Source of the DNA: Actinomycetota bacterium
Lineage (GTDB): Bacteria > Actinomycetota > UBA4738 > HRBIN12
Direction of reading: 5' to 3'
Length of the DNA stretch: 64,000 nucleotides
Assembly: GCA_035249905.1 (NCBI GenBank)
Contig: DATFFT010000004.1
Span: forward strand, 395-64,394
A model generated the notes under the pieces. The model was not told the DNA's origin. It ran no database searches and was given only the letters and a program-made list of their open reading frames with translations. How positions within the stretch are numbered: the first letter of the stretch is position 1; each line of letters opens with the position of its first letter. The position numbers were made by a program, and so were the translations under genes. Positions 54,970 to 64,000 of the stretch are shown one piece after another.

Positions 54970-56220
54970 TCACGACCCCTCGAGCCGCAGCTCCTCTTCC
55001 TTCTCCTCGCGGCGGATGCGGTCGCGGAACTCCGAGTAGTGCATGGTCTCGAAGACGATCATGCCCACCATCACCGCGCTCAGAGCACCGAACGCCGCCA
55101 GGGCCGGGATGCGGGCGGCCAGCGGGATCAGGGCGAGCAGCAGCAGCCCGACCACGAGCCGATCCACGGTGACGTGATGCCAGTTCCGGAAGCGGAACGC
55201 GACGTGAGCGAAGAGATAGAGGGCGACGCCCCCGTACATCGCCGCGAGCGGCACGAGGGCGAGCGGCTCGTCGATCGTGTGATGACTGGTGTCCGAGACG
55301 TACTCCAGCACCTTCTTGAAGCCGAGCGCGCCCAGCACGATGCCGGCGATCATCGGGAGGTGCAGGTAGCTGTACGCGTCGCGGGCGATGCGGGCACGCA
55401 CCTCTCCGTCGGCCGCGCGGAGCAGTCGTTCGCCGGCGAGCGCGACCACGTCGAAGTAGGCCCACCAGAGGCAGCCCGAGACCGTGAGTCCGAGCACCGA
55501 CGCGACGATGATCGCCCACGAGACCGGCTCATGGGCGATGCCCAGTCCGATCGCGACGATCGACTCCCCGAGCGCGACGATGACGATCAGGCCATGGCGC
55601 TCCGCGAAGAGCCCGGCCGAGTTCAGACGCCAGCCCGACGCGCCGCCGAGGATCGTGCCGACGTAGTCGACGACGAGCGCGGCTACCCACACCCAGATCT
55701 GCGGTACCCCTTCGAGCTGTGACGCGATCAGGAGCAACACCGTGCTACCCAACAGCGAGGGCGCGAACCGAAGCAGCTGTCTGCGAAGACCGTCGTCGCC
55801 CTCTGCGCCCGCCGCCATCCAGAAGATCGCGAGGTGCAGCACCCGAACGGCCAGGTAGGCGAAGGCCACGACCACCGGACCCGACAGGCCACCCTCGATG
55901 TCACGGAACGCCTCGGGGATCGTGATGGCGAGCACGAACACCGCGGCCATCGCTCCGAACATCGCGACGCGACCGAGCCCCTCGTCCGCCCGAACGACGG
56001 CGCCCAACCACGCGTAGCCGACCCAGCACCACCACACCAGTCCGAGCACGAGCAGTCCCTGCACGAGCCCGCGGACGGTGAGGTCGTCGGCCATGAGCGC
56101 CGTCACCTGCGTGATGGCGAAGACGAAGACGAGATCGAGGAAGAGCTCGAGCGGGGTGACGCGGGCCTCCTCGGTGATCGCCACGATGCGGGGATGGCGA
56201 GCCTCGTTCACGAGGGGCAT
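54970..56220 (-). CDS. low-temperature-requirement A (LtrA) family membrane protein
   Basis: TPLELFLDLVFVFAITQVT; about 10 TM. Confidence 0.88.
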   Translation of the reverse strand: MPLVNEARHPRIVAITEEARVTPLELFLDLVFVFAITQVTALMADDLTVRGLVQGLLVLGLVWWCWVGYAWLGAVVRADEGLGRVAMFGAMAAVFVLAITIPEAFRDIEGGLSGPVVVAFAYLAVRVLHLAIFWMAAGAEGDDGLRRQLLRFAPSLLGSTVLLLIASQLEGVPQIWVWVAALVVDYVGTILGGASGWRLNSAGLFAERHGLIVIVALGESIVAIGLGIAHEPVSWAIIVASVLGLTVSGCLWWAYFDVVALAGERLLRAADGEVRARIARDAYSYLHLPMIAGIVLGALGFKKVLEYVSDTSHHTIDEPLALVPLAAMYGGVALYLFAHVAFRFRNWHHVTVDRLVVGLLLLALIPLAARIPALAAFGALSAVMVGMIVFETMHYSEFRDRIRREEKEEELRLEGS

Positions 56221-56255
56221 GGTCTCACGTCGGCGGCCGCCGCTACGGTGGTGCT

Positions 56256-56678
56256 GTGGAACAGCGCGTGAGCCTGATCACCCTCGGCGTCGCCGACGTC
56301 GAGCGCGCCCGCAGCTTCTACGAACGCCTCGGCTGGCAGGTCGGGCTGGCCCTCGACGACACCGTCTTCTTCCAGGCGGGCGGCACGATCGTCGGGCTCT
56401 GGGGGCGCGAACAGCTCGCCGCCGACAGCGGCGTCACCGACACCGGCGGCTGGGGCGGCATCACGCTGGCCCACAACGTGCGATCGAACGACGAGGTCGA
56501 CCGCGTGATCGAGCAGGCCCGCTCTTCAGGCGGCCGCATCGTCAGGGAACCCGCCGAGACCTTCTGGGGCGGGTACTCGGGCGTCTTCGTCGACATCGAC
56601 GGGCATCCGTGGGAGGTGGCGGTGAACGCCGGCTTCCCGCTGGCCGCCGACGGCAGCATCACCCTGCCCCAGCGCTGA
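56256..56678 (+). CDS. VOC family protein
   Basis: GTG start; VSLITLGVADVERARSFYERLGW...GVFVDIDGHPWEVA. Confidence 0.88.
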   Translation: MEQRVSLITLGVADVERARSFYERLGWQVGLALDDTVFFQAGGTIVGLWGREQLAADSGVTDTGGWGGITLAHNVRSNDEVDRVIEQARSSGGRIVREPAETFWGGYSGVFVDIDGHPWEVAVNAGFPLAADGSITLPQR

Positions 56679-56723
56679 TCCTTTCACTGCTCGGACCTCC
56701 GCCCCGCCCTAGACTCGGAGCCG

Positions 56724-57152
56724 ATGGATCTGTCCGACCAGGAGCGCGACTTCCTGCAGGAACATCACGGCGCCGCGATGATCACGATCGGCGACGGGGG
56801 AGTGCCCAAGGCCGTTCGCGTCGGCATCGCGATCATCGACGGCGAGATCTGGAGCAGCGGTCGGCAGGACCGCGTCCGAACCGAGCGGCTGCGGCGGGAT
56901 CCACGGTGCACGTTGTTCGTCTTCGACCGTGCGTACACGTACCTGACCCTCGAGACCACGGTGACGATCCTCGAGGGGCCCGACGTCCCCGAGCAGAGTC
57001 TGCAGCTGTTCCGAGTGATGCAGGGCAAGCCCACCGGGCCGCTCACCTGGTACAGCGCGGAGCTCGATGAGGAAGGCTTCCGACGGACGATGATCGACGA
57101 AGGACGCGTGATCTATCGGTTCGACGTGCAGCGGGCGTACGGCCTGCACTGA
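56724..57152 (+). CDS. pyridoxamine 5'-phosphate oxidase-fold (PPOX class, probably F420-dependent) protein
   Basis: LSDQERDFLQEHHGAAMITIGDGGVPKAVRV...RDPRCTLFVFD. Confidence 0.8.
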   Translation: MDLSDQERDFLQEHHGAAMITIGDGGVPKAVRVGIAIIDGEIWSSGRQDRVRTERLRRDPRCTLFVFDRAYTYLTLETTVTILEGPDVPEQSLQLFRVMQGKPTGPLTWYSAELDEEGFRRTMIDEGRVIYRFDVQRAYGLH

Positions 57153-57193
57153 GCGGGCGAGCAGCCCACCGCCGGCGCAGACGGCCGGCGAGG

Positions 57194-57619
57194 ATGGAAG
57201 CGATGGGACGGGAGGGGACCATGCTCGGGTGGATCGACGACATCGAGAAGGTCACGCTGGAGAACACGAACTTCCGGACCGTGGCGTACACCGGTGAGCA
57301 CACGCAGCTCACGCTGATGCGCCTCGGCCCCGGGGAAGAGATCGGCTGGGAGCGGCACGGGAACCTCGACCAGTTCCTTCGCCTGGAACAGGGGAAGGCG
57401 CGCGTGGAGTTCGGCAGCACCGAGGATGCCGTCGACGAGACGCACGAAGCCGCCGACGATTGGGCGTTCATCGTGCCTGCCGGCGTCTGGCACAACGTGG
57501 TGAACATCGGCGACGGCGACGTGAAGCTCTATTCGCTCTACTCACCGCCCGAACACCCCGACGGCACGGTCCATCGGACGAAGTCCGATGCTGACTCCGC
57601 GGAGGCCGAGCATCACTGA
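57194..57619 (+). CDS. cupin domain protein
   Basis: LTLMRLGPGEEIGWERHGNLDQFLRLEQGKARVEF...IVPAGVWHNVVNIG. Confidence 0.82.
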   Translation: MEAMGREGTMLGWIDDIEKVTLENTNFRTVAYTGEHTQLTLMRLGPGEEIGWERHGNLDQFLRLEQGKARVEFGSTEDAVDETHEAADDWAFIVPAGVWHNVVNIGDGDVKLYSLYSPPEHPDGTVHRTKSDADSAEAEHH

Positions 57620-60395
57620 CCCGGACCCCTGGCGACGCGACGCCGACGACGTCGCCGCCGGGCTGGGAACCCATGTCCGTGAGGGCCTGACCTCGACCGA
57701 GGCCGCGGACCGGCTCGCACATGACGGGCCGAACCATCTCGAGGCGACCCGCCCGGTGCCGGCGTGGCGGAAGCTGATCGGCCAGTTCGCCGATCCCCTG
57801 ATCTACCTGCTCCTCGCGGCGATCCTCGTCTCGCTCGTGGCATGGTTCGTCGAGGGTGCGGAGGGCATCCCGTTCGAGGTGATCGTGATCGCCGCGATCG
57901 TGCTGGCCAACGCCGTGCTCGGCTTCGTGCAGGAGGCCCGCGCCGAGGAGGCCGTCGCCGCGTTGCAGCGCATGGCTTCGGCCACGTCGATGGTGGTGCG
58001 CGACGGCCGACAGGCTCGGATCCCGTCGGTGGACCTCGTCGTGGGCGATCTGCTGCTGCTGTCGGAGGGTGACGCGGTCGGCGCCGACGCGCGGCTGCTC
58101 GAAGCCTGGTCGCTCACCATCGCGGAGGCCGCGCTCACGGGCGAGAGCCAGCCCGTCCTCAAGGAGGTCGCCACCCTGGCCGGCCCGGTGGGGCTGGGCG
58201 ACCGTCTGAACATGGTCTTCAGCGGCACGGCCGTCACCCGCGGGCGCGGCCGGTCCGTCGTCACGGCGACCGGCATGGGCACGGAGATGGGCAACGTGGC
58301 GCGCCTGCTCGCCGGCACGGAGGAGGAACGCACCCCCCTGCAGCGCGAGGTCGACCGCATCGGGCGCACGCTCGGGATCGCGGTCGTGATCATCGCGATC
58401 GTGGTCGTGGGAGCGATCCTGCTCACATCGGAGATCGACGATGCCTCCGGCCTTGTCGACGTCATGCTCGTCGGGGTCTCGCTCGCCGTGGCGGCGGTGC
58501 CGGAGGGCCTACCCGCCGTGCTGTCGGTCGTCCTCGCGCTCGGGGTTCAGCGCATGGCCCGTCGGCAGGCGATCGTGAAGCGGCTCTCGTCGGTCGAGAC
58601 GCTCGGCTCGGCGTCGGTGATCTGCTCGGACAAGACCGGGACGCTGACCAAGAGCGAGATGACGATCGAGAGGATCGTCACGCCGTCGGGATCGATCGAC
58701 GTCACCGGCGCGGGGTACCGGCCAGAGGGTGAACTGCGTGTCGACGGCCGAACGCTCGAGGATCCGGTCTTGCTCACCGAGGCCGCGCACGTGCTCGGCG
58801 CAGGCAGCCTCGCCAACGACGCCGAGTTGATCCATCGAGACGGCGAGTGGACGATCCGGGGCGACCCGACCGACGCTGCCTTCCTGGTCGCGGAAGCGAA
58901 GATCGAGGGGTTGAAGGAGAGCCGCGAGTCGCGGTTCCGACGGGTCGGCGAGGTGCCCTTCTCCTCCGAGCGCAAGCTCATGAGCACCCTCGAGGCCGAC
59001 GTCGATCGCGAAGGCCGCATCGACGTCGTCACCAAGGGCGCGCCCGACGTGCTGCTGGCTCGCTGCACCGATGAGCAGGCCGCGGGTGAGGTCCGCCCGC
59101 TCACCGACGCCCGCAGGCGTGAGGTGCTCGCCGCCGTCGACGACCTGGCCGACCTCGCGATGCGCACCCTGGGGGTCGCCGGGCGTCCCCTGCCCGTCGC
59201 CGAGCGGCCTCCCGAAGACGAGTCGGTCGAGCGTGGGCTCGTCTACCTCGGCATCGTCGGCATCATCGATCCCCCGCGCGAAGAGGCCGTGGACGCCATC
59301 GACGAGGCGTCGGCCGCGGGGATCCGGGTCATGATGATCACGGGCGATCATCCCGGCACCGCGGAGCGCATCGCCGTCGATCTCGGGATCCTCGAGACCG
59401 GGGCCCCGGTCCTGACCGGAGTCGAGCTGGAGGAGCTCGACGACGAGGGGATGCGTGCGGCGGTGCGAGACGTCTCCGTGTACGCGCGCGTGGCGCCCGC
59501 GCACAAGCTGCGCATCGTCGACGCGCTCCAAGCGGACGACGCGATCGTGGCGATGACCGGCGACGGCGTGAACGACGCCCCGGCCCTGAAGTCGGCCGAC
59601 ATCGGCATCGCCATGGGGATCACCGGCACCGACGTGACGAAGGAAGCGGCCGACATGATCCTCGCCGACGACGACTTCGCCACGATCGTGGCCGCCGTGC
59701 GGGAGGGCCGCGGGATCTTCTCGAACATCCGCCGGTTCCTTCGCTTCCTGCTGTCGTCGAACATCGGAGAGGTGCTCACGATGTTCCTCGGCGTGATGCT
59801 GGCGGGCGTGATCGGTCTCGATGCGGGTGAGGGCGTGGCGGTGCCCCTGCTCGCCACCCAGATCCTGTGGATCAACCTGCTCACCGACACCGCACCCGCC
59901 CTCGCGCTCGGCGTCGACCCGCCACCCGACGACGTCATGACCCGCCCTCCCCGCAAGCTCAGCGACCGGATGATCGACGCTCGCATGTGGATCGGCATCA
60001 TCTGGGTCGGCTCGGTGATGGCGGCCGTCACGTTGCTGGCCCTCGATCTGCGTCTTCCCGGCGGCCTCGTCGGAGGGGAAGGCTCGGGTGACATCGTGGA
60101 AGCGCGCACGATGGCCTTCACGACCCTCGTGCTCGCCCAGCTGTTCAACTGCTTCAACGCCCGCTCCGATCGCGTCAGCGCGTTCCACGGGCTGTTCACC
60201 AACCCGCTCCTCTGGGGCGCCGTCGCGACGTCCCTCGCCCTGCAGGTCGCGGTCGTGCAGGTTCCGTTCCTGAACCGCGCCTTCGAGACCGCTCCGCTCG
60301 CGCTGAGCGATTGGCTGGTGTGCGCAGGGCTCGCGAGCGTCGTCCTCTGGGCCGACGAAGCCAAGAAGCTGCTGCAGAGGCTGATCACGCCCTGA
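57588..60395 (+). CDS. cation-transporting P-type ATPase (P2-type, CtpF/SERCA-like, probably Ca2+)
   Basis: TGES, phosphorylation site CSDKTGTLT, MITGDH, hinge TGDGVNDAPALK, 10 TM. There is a 32-nt overlap with the cupin gene. Confidence 0.93.
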   Translation: MLTPRRPSITDPDPWRRDADDVAAGLGTHVREGLTSTEAADRLAHDGPNHLEATRPVPAWRKLIGQFADPLIYLLLAAILVSLVAWFVEGAEGIPFEVIVIAAIVLANAVLGFVQEARAEEAVAALQRMASATSMVVRDGRQARIPSVDLVVGDLLLLSEGDAVGADARLLEAWSLTIAEAALTGESQPVLKEVATLAGPVGLGDRLNMVFSGTAVTRGRGRSVVTATGMGTEMGNVARLLAGTEEERTPLQREVDRIGRTLGIAVVIIAIVVVGAILLTSEIDDASGLVDVMLVGVSLAVAAVPEGLPAVLSVVLALGVQRMARRQAIVKRLSSVETLGSASVICSDKTGTLTKSEMTIERIVTPSGSIDVTGAGYRPEGELRVDGRTLEDPVLLTEAAHVLGAGSLANDAELIHRDGEWTIRGDPTDAAFLVAEAKIEGLKESRESRFRRVGEVPFSSERKLMSTLEADVDREGRIDVVTKGAPDVLLARCTDEQAAGEVRPLTDARRREVLAAVDDLADLAMRTLGVAGRPLPVAERPPEDESVERGLVYLGIVGIIDPPREEAVDAIDEASAAGIRVMMITGDHPGTAERIAVDLGILETGAPVLTGVELEELDDEGMRAAVRDVSVYARVAPAHKLRIVDALQADDAIVAMTGDGVNDAPALKSADIGIAMGITGTDVTKEAADMILADDDFATIVAAVREGRGIFSNIRRFLRFLLSSNIGEVLTMFLGVMLAGVIGLDAGEGVAVPLLATQILWINLLTDTAPALALGVDPPPDDVMTRPPRKLSDRMIDARMWIGIIWVGSVMAAVTLLALDLRLPGGLVGGEGSGDIVEARTMAFTTLVLAQLFNCFNARSDRVSAFHGLFTNPLLWGAVATSLALQVAVVQVPFLNRAFETAPLALSDWLVCAGLASVVLWADEAKKLLQRLITP

Positions 60396-60411
60396 ACGGC
60401 GTCCCGGCTAG

Positions 60412-60454
60412 TTGACGCCCCGACCCTTTCGACTCGATACTTAACCGTATGGTT
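60412..60454 (+). promoter_or_regulatory. promoter TTGACG-N18-GATACT with operator AACCGTATGGTT spanning the start codon (leaderless ArsR mRNA predicted)
   Basis: -35 at 60412-60417, -10 at 60436-60441, operator at 60443-60454. ATG 60449 lies 7 nt after the -10, and there is no SD. Confidence 0.55.
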
Positions 60455-60790
60455 CAGTCTCAGGTCCTCGACCGCACGTTCTCCGCCCTGTCGGATCCGA
60501 CGAGACGCGTCATCCTGGACCGCCTCGAGGATGGCCCCGCCTCGATCGGCGAGCTGGCCGAACCGATCGGGATCTCGCTGCCCGGCGTGCTCAAGCACGT
60601 CCGCATCCTCGAGGAGGCGAAGCTGGTGACCACCTCGAAAGAGGGGCGCAGACGGGAGTGCCGGCTGGGTCCCGGGGATATGCACGAGGTGAGCGACTGG
60701 ATCGATCACTACCGACGGCTGTGGGAACGCCGCCTCGACCGCCTCGAGGCATACGTGGAACGACAGCAACGGAAGGGGAACGAGCGATGA
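60449..60790 (+). CDS. ArsR/SmtB family transcriptional regulator
   Basis: FSALSDPTRRVILDRLEDGPASIGELAEPIGISLPGVLKHVRILEEAKLV. Confidence 0.92.
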   Translation: MVQSQVLDRTFSALSDPTRRVILDRLEDGPASIGELAEPIGISLPGVLKHVRILEEAKLVTTSKEGRRRECRLGPGDMHEVSDWIDHYRRLWERRLDRLEAYVERQQRKGNER

Positions 60791-61275
60791 GCCACGAGCT
60801 GAGACTGGAACGACTGTTCGACGCGCCGTCGGAGGTGGTCTTCGACGCCTTCGTCGATCCGGCCGCCCAGCACCACCTGCACGGCGGCGATCGACCGGAC
60901 TGGGTGGTCCATCGCACCGAGACCGACGTGCGCGTCGGCGGCACCTCGGTCTACGCGATGGGCCCGCAGGGGCAGGATCCGGACATCGAGACGCGCACCT
61001 ACTCCGTCGTCGACCGGCCGCACCGGCTCGTCTTCGAGCACTCGATGCAGATCGCGGAGTGGAGCCGGACGATCACGACCGAGATGACGATCACGTTCGA
61101 GGACCGCGACGGGAAGACCCTGCTCACGATGGTCCAGACCGGCTTCGAGACCGCCCAGGACCGTGACGACTTCCTCGGCGGATGGCCCACCTACCTCGAC
61201 ACGCTCCGTGGCGTGGTCGAGGAGCAGCTGAAGGCTCGGCACGACACCGACGAGCGCGGAGGGAGCGCATCGTGA
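60787..61275 (+). CDS. SRPBCC superfamily protein (AHSA1-like)
   Basis: ATGA overlap; LRLERLFDAPSEVVFDAFVDPAAQ...TITFEDRDGKTLLTMVQTGF. Confidence 0.88.
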   Translation: MSHELRLERLFDAPSEVVFDAFVDPAAQHHLHGGDRPDWVVHRTETDVRVGGTSVYAMGPQGQDPDIETRTYSVVDRPHRLVFEHSMQIAEWSRTITTEMTITFEDRDGKTLLTMVQTGFETAQDRDDFLGGWPTYLDTLRGVVEEQLKARHDTDERGGSAS

Positions 61276-61802
61276 GCGACGAGCGCCTTCCCGATCACGT
61301 GCTGACCGCGGAGCACGACGACGAGGGGCTCACGATCGTCCGCATCATCGACGCGCAACGTGAGGCGGTCTTCCGGGCGTGGACGGAGGCCGAGGCCTTC
61401 GCGCAGTGGTTCGGCGAACACGGCTCTTCCGTACCGGTCGACGCCGCCACGTTGGACGTGCGGCCCGGCGGCGCCTGGCGCGTGGTGATGCTCCTCGGCG
61501 GGAGTTCCGAGATGGTGTTCTCGGGCGAGTACCGGGAGGTCGACGAGCCGGCGCACCTCGTGCTCACGATCACCGACCAGGAGCCCGGCGACGCGACCGA
61601 CCACGCGGTGTGCACCGTCGATCTCGACGATCTGGGCGACGGGCGCACGCGCATGACGTTCACGCAGCGCGGGGGAGGACTCCCGCCCGGCCGCTACGAG
61701 GCGACGCTCCGCGGCTGGATGCTGTTCTTCGATCGTCAGGCCGACCTGCTCAAGGGCAGGCACGACGCCGACCTGAAGGCGCGGCACGACGGCTCCACCT
61801 GA
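61272..61802 (+). CDS. SRPBCC superfamily protein (AHSA1-like), close paralog of 21523..22044
   Basis: GTGA overlap; IVRIIDAQREAVFRAWTEAEAFAQWFGEHGSS...RPGGAW...MTFTQRGGGLP. Confidence 0.88.
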   Translation: MSDERLPDHVLTAEHDDEGLTIVRIIDAQREAVFRAWTEAEAFAQWFGEHGSSVPVDAATLDVRPGGAWRVVMLLGGSSEMVFSGEYREVDEPAHLVLTITDQEPGDATDHAVCTVDLDDLGDGRTRMTFTQRGGGLPPGRYEATLRGWMLFFDRQADLLKGRHDADLKARHDGST

Positions 61803-61828
61803 CACGAGAAGAAGGAGGAAGGATCCCG

Positions 61829-63214
61829 ATGGCACGCTCGGACACGCTCGCCTCGGTCCCCGATCTCCGCGCTGACCTGCGCGGCAATGTGATCACGCCG
61901 GACGACGAGGCCTACGACGGGGCCCGGACGCTCTTCTACGGCGGCATGGACCGGCATCCGGCGCTGATCGCCGAGGTCGCCGACAGGGCAGACGTGGCAC
62001 GCGTGGTCTCGCTCGCGCGCGAGATCGACGCTCCACTCGCCGTGCGAAGCGGCGGTCACAGCATCGCCGGCCACAGCGTGATCGACGATGCGATCGTCGT
62101 CGACCTGTCGCCCATGCGAGCCCTGGACATCGACGTCGAGGGCCGGACAGCGTGGGCCGAGACCGGGCTCACCGCGGGCGGCTTCACGGCCCGGGCAGCC
62201 GAGCACGGCCTCGCGACCGGGTTCGGCGACACCGGCTCGGTCGGCATCGGAGGCATCACCCTCGGCGGCGGGATCGGCTTCCTCGCGCGGAAGTACGGGC
62301 TCACGATCGACGACCTGCTCGCCGCCGAGGTGGTGACCGCCGGCGGGGACGTGCTCGAGGTCAGCGAGGAGTCGCATCCCGACCTCTTCTGGGCGATCCG
62401 CGGCGGTGGGGGCAACTTCGGCGTGGCGACGCGCTTCCGGTTCCGCCTGCACGATGTGGGCACGATCCTCGGGGGCATGTTGATCCTGCCGGCGACGCCC
62501 GAGACGATCGCCGGGTTCCTGGAGGAGGCCGACCGAGCGCCCGACGAGCTCACCACGATCGCCAACGTGATGACGGCGCCGCCGATGCCCTTCGTGCCCG
62601 AGGAGTACCACGGGAAGCCGATCCTCCTCGGCTTGATCACGTTCGCCGGCGACCCGGGATCGGGCGCGGCCGCCGTCGCTCCGCTCCGGGATCTGGCCGA
62701 GCCGATCGCCGACATGGTTCGGCCGATGTCCTACCCGGAGATGTACATGCCCGATGAGGAAGGGTTCCACCCGGTCGGCGTCGTGCGCAACATGTTCGTG
62801 GACGAGCTCGGCCACGCCGACGGCGAGGCGATCCTCGACGCCCTGGGGTCGTCGACGGCGATGATGTCCGCGGTCCAGATCCGGGTGCTCGGCGGTGCCG
62901 TCTCGCGGGTTCCCGACGAGGCCACGGCCTATGCCCATCGAACTCGCCGGATGATGATCAACGTCGCGGCCCTGTTCGAGACGCCCGAGGAGGCCGGAAG
63001 CCACGAGGACTGGGTGGAGGACCTCGCCTCGACGCTGCGCGGCGACAGCCGGGGCGCGTACGTGAACTTCCTGGGCGACGAGGGCGAGGAGCGGATCCGC
63101 GATGCCTACCCCGGAGGCACCTGGGACCGTCTCAGGGCGATCAAGGCCCGCTACGACCCGTCGAACCTGTTCCGGCACGATCAGAACATCCCGCCCACGG
63201 CCGACGATGGATGA
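61829..63214 (+). CDS. FAD-linked oxidase (FAD_binding_4 / berberine-bridge-enzyme-like)
   Basis: LAVRSGGHSIAGHS, FWAIRGGGGNFGVAT, and a C-terminal BBE motif YVNFLGDEG..RLRAIKARYDPSNLFRHDQNI. SD GAAGGAGGAAGG. Confidence 0.9.
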   Translation: MARSDTLASVPDLRADLRGNVITPDDEAYDGARTLFYGGMDRHPALIAEVADRADVARVVSLAREIDAPLAVRSGGHSIAGHSVIDDAIVVDLSPMRALDIDVEGRTAWAETGLTAGGFTARAAEHGLATGFGDTGSVGIGGITLGGGIGFLARKYGLTIDDLLAAEVVTAGGDVLEVSEESHPDLFWAIRGGGGNFGVATRFRFRLHDVGTILGGMLILPATPETIAGFLEEADRAPDELTTIANVMTAPPMPFVPEEYHGKPILLGLITFAGDPGSGAAAVAPLRDLAEPIADMVRPMSYPEMYMPDEEGFHPVGVVRNMFVDELGHADGEAILDALGSSTAMMSAVQIRVLGGAVSRVPDEATAYAHRTRRMMINVAALFETPEEAGSHEDWVEDLASTLRGDSRGAYVNFLGDEGEERIRDAYPGGTWDRLRAIKARYDPSNLFRHDQNIPPTADDG

Positions 63215-63217
63215 CGA

Positions 63218-63859
63218 TCAGCTCGTGCGGGCGACCAGGCGCTCCACGACGCCTGCTCGCATCCGGTCGCTCTCCTCGATGCGGAACCCCGCGGCCTCGA
63301 CGTGCTCGCGAGGCCGTCGCGTGAGCTCGTCGTCCATGCGGGTCGGCGCGAGCTCGAGCAGCCGTTGGAGCCAGTAGAGCGGCGCGACGCTGCTGCGGAT
63401 GTGATCGACGAGGATCAGCCTCCCCCCCGGCCTGAGCACCCGCTTCATCTCGAGGACCGTCGCGCGCTCGTCGGGCACGCTGCACATCGCGTAGGTGCAC
63501 ACCACGGTGTCGAAGGAACCGTCGTGGAAGGGCAGCGCTTGCGCGTCGCCTTCGGCGAGCGCGGTCGGTCGCGCGAGCTCGGCGGCACGGGACCTGGCTC
63601 CGGCCAACATCTCCGACGTCAGATCGAGCCCGGTGAGGCGGACGCCGGCCGGGTAGTGGGGCAGGTTCAGGCCGGTGCCGATCGCCACCTCGAGCGTGTC
63701 GCCGCTCGCGCGTGAGCACGCCCACGCCCGATGTTCGGTCCCGAGCAGCCATCGCTCCGTGACGTCCGAGCCCCGATCGTAGGTCGAGGCTTCGGCGGCG
63801 TACCGTCGGCGCCGCCGTGCGTTGGCGCTCGATCGATCGGCCGGCGATCGCCGGCTCAT
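63218..63859 (-). CDS. class I SAM-dependent methyltransferase
   Basis: [38 protein letters not shown]. Confidence 0.88.
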   Translation of the reverse strand: MSRRSPADRSSANARRRRRYAAEASTYDRGSDVTERWLLGTEHRAWACSRASGDTLEVAIGTGLNLPHYPAGVRLTGLDLTSEMLAGARSRAAELARPTALAEGDAQALPFHDGSFDTVVCTYAMCSVPDERATVLEMKRVLRPGGRLILVDHIRSSVAPLYWLQRLLELAPTRMDDELTRRPREHVEAAGFRIEESDRMRAGVVERLVARTS

Positions 63860-64000
63860 GCGGGCGGCGGAGCCGCGTGCATGGGGGTCGTCCGTGCGAG
63901 CTCTGCTCGCACCGCGGGTGCGACCTCGCTCCCCAGCAGCTCGATCGAGCGCATCAGCTTGTCGTGGGGTAGCGACCCCACGCTGAACTGCACGAGGAAA
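63856..64000 (-). CDS. LLM-class (luciferase-like) flavin/F420-dependent oxidoreductase, C-terminal end only
   Basis: My translation of the minus strand reads ...[50 protein letters not shown] overlap with the methyltransferase start. The 5' part lies outside the window. Confidence 0.55.
   Translation of the reverse strand, partial: FLVQFSVGSLPHDKLMRSIELLGSEVAPAVRAELARTTPMHAAPPPA

Noticed and set aside
57588-57619. 32-nt same-strand overlap of the cupin gene and the P-type ATPase
   Set aside because: This is most likely just start-codon choice or an ordinary overlap. I could find no alternative in-frame start downstream, and nothing suggests programmed frameshifting (no slippery heptamer seen).

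Overview
Very GC-rich window (about 70% by eye, not computed), densely coding, and typical of a high-GC Actinomycetota chromosome. I support about 78 protein-coding genes. I saw no rRNA, tRNA, CRISPR array, transposase or integrase. Most long ORFs in the track are GC-driven shadow frames (Arg/Pro/Gly-rich) lying antisense or out of frame to recognisable genes, and I discarded them. The content is regulator- and stress/xenobiotic-heavy: 4 ECF sigma factors (one textbook ECF41, two SigG-like with NTF2/SnoaL-type C-terminal extensions), 3 ArsR, 3 TetR, GntR, Lrp, WYL and CGNR regulators, a large LuxR-family regulator, 2 two-component systems, 6 VOC/glyoxalase-fold proteins, 6 SRPBCC proteins, 4 ABC transporter sets, a P-type ATPase, an ATP-dependent DNA ligase and 2 class III nucleotide cyclases. 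There is no obvious large novel multi-gene machine. The observations I consider most worth follow-up are: (1) a perfect ECF41 target promoter (TGTCACA-N16-CGTC) divergent from the ECF41 sigma gene, driving a non-canonical operon of a 66-aa membrane protein, an HTH-less MerR-like mini-protein and a RibD_C reductase; (2) a branched two-component system in which one HisKA_3 kinase is followed by two ~76%-identical tandem receiver paralogs, one fused to a LuxR HTH and one to a class III cyclase domain; (3) three paralogous ArsR-SRPBCC(AHSA1) cassettes with palindromic operators at the start codon, different enzyme 'payloads' and a shared C-terminal LKxRH tail; (4) an in-frame TGA splitting a translationally coupled gene; (5) a WYL regulator next to a double-FtsX permease and a fused tandem-NBD ATPase with a degenerate second signature motif. 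All functional calls rest on my reading of motifs in the translations. No database search was run.
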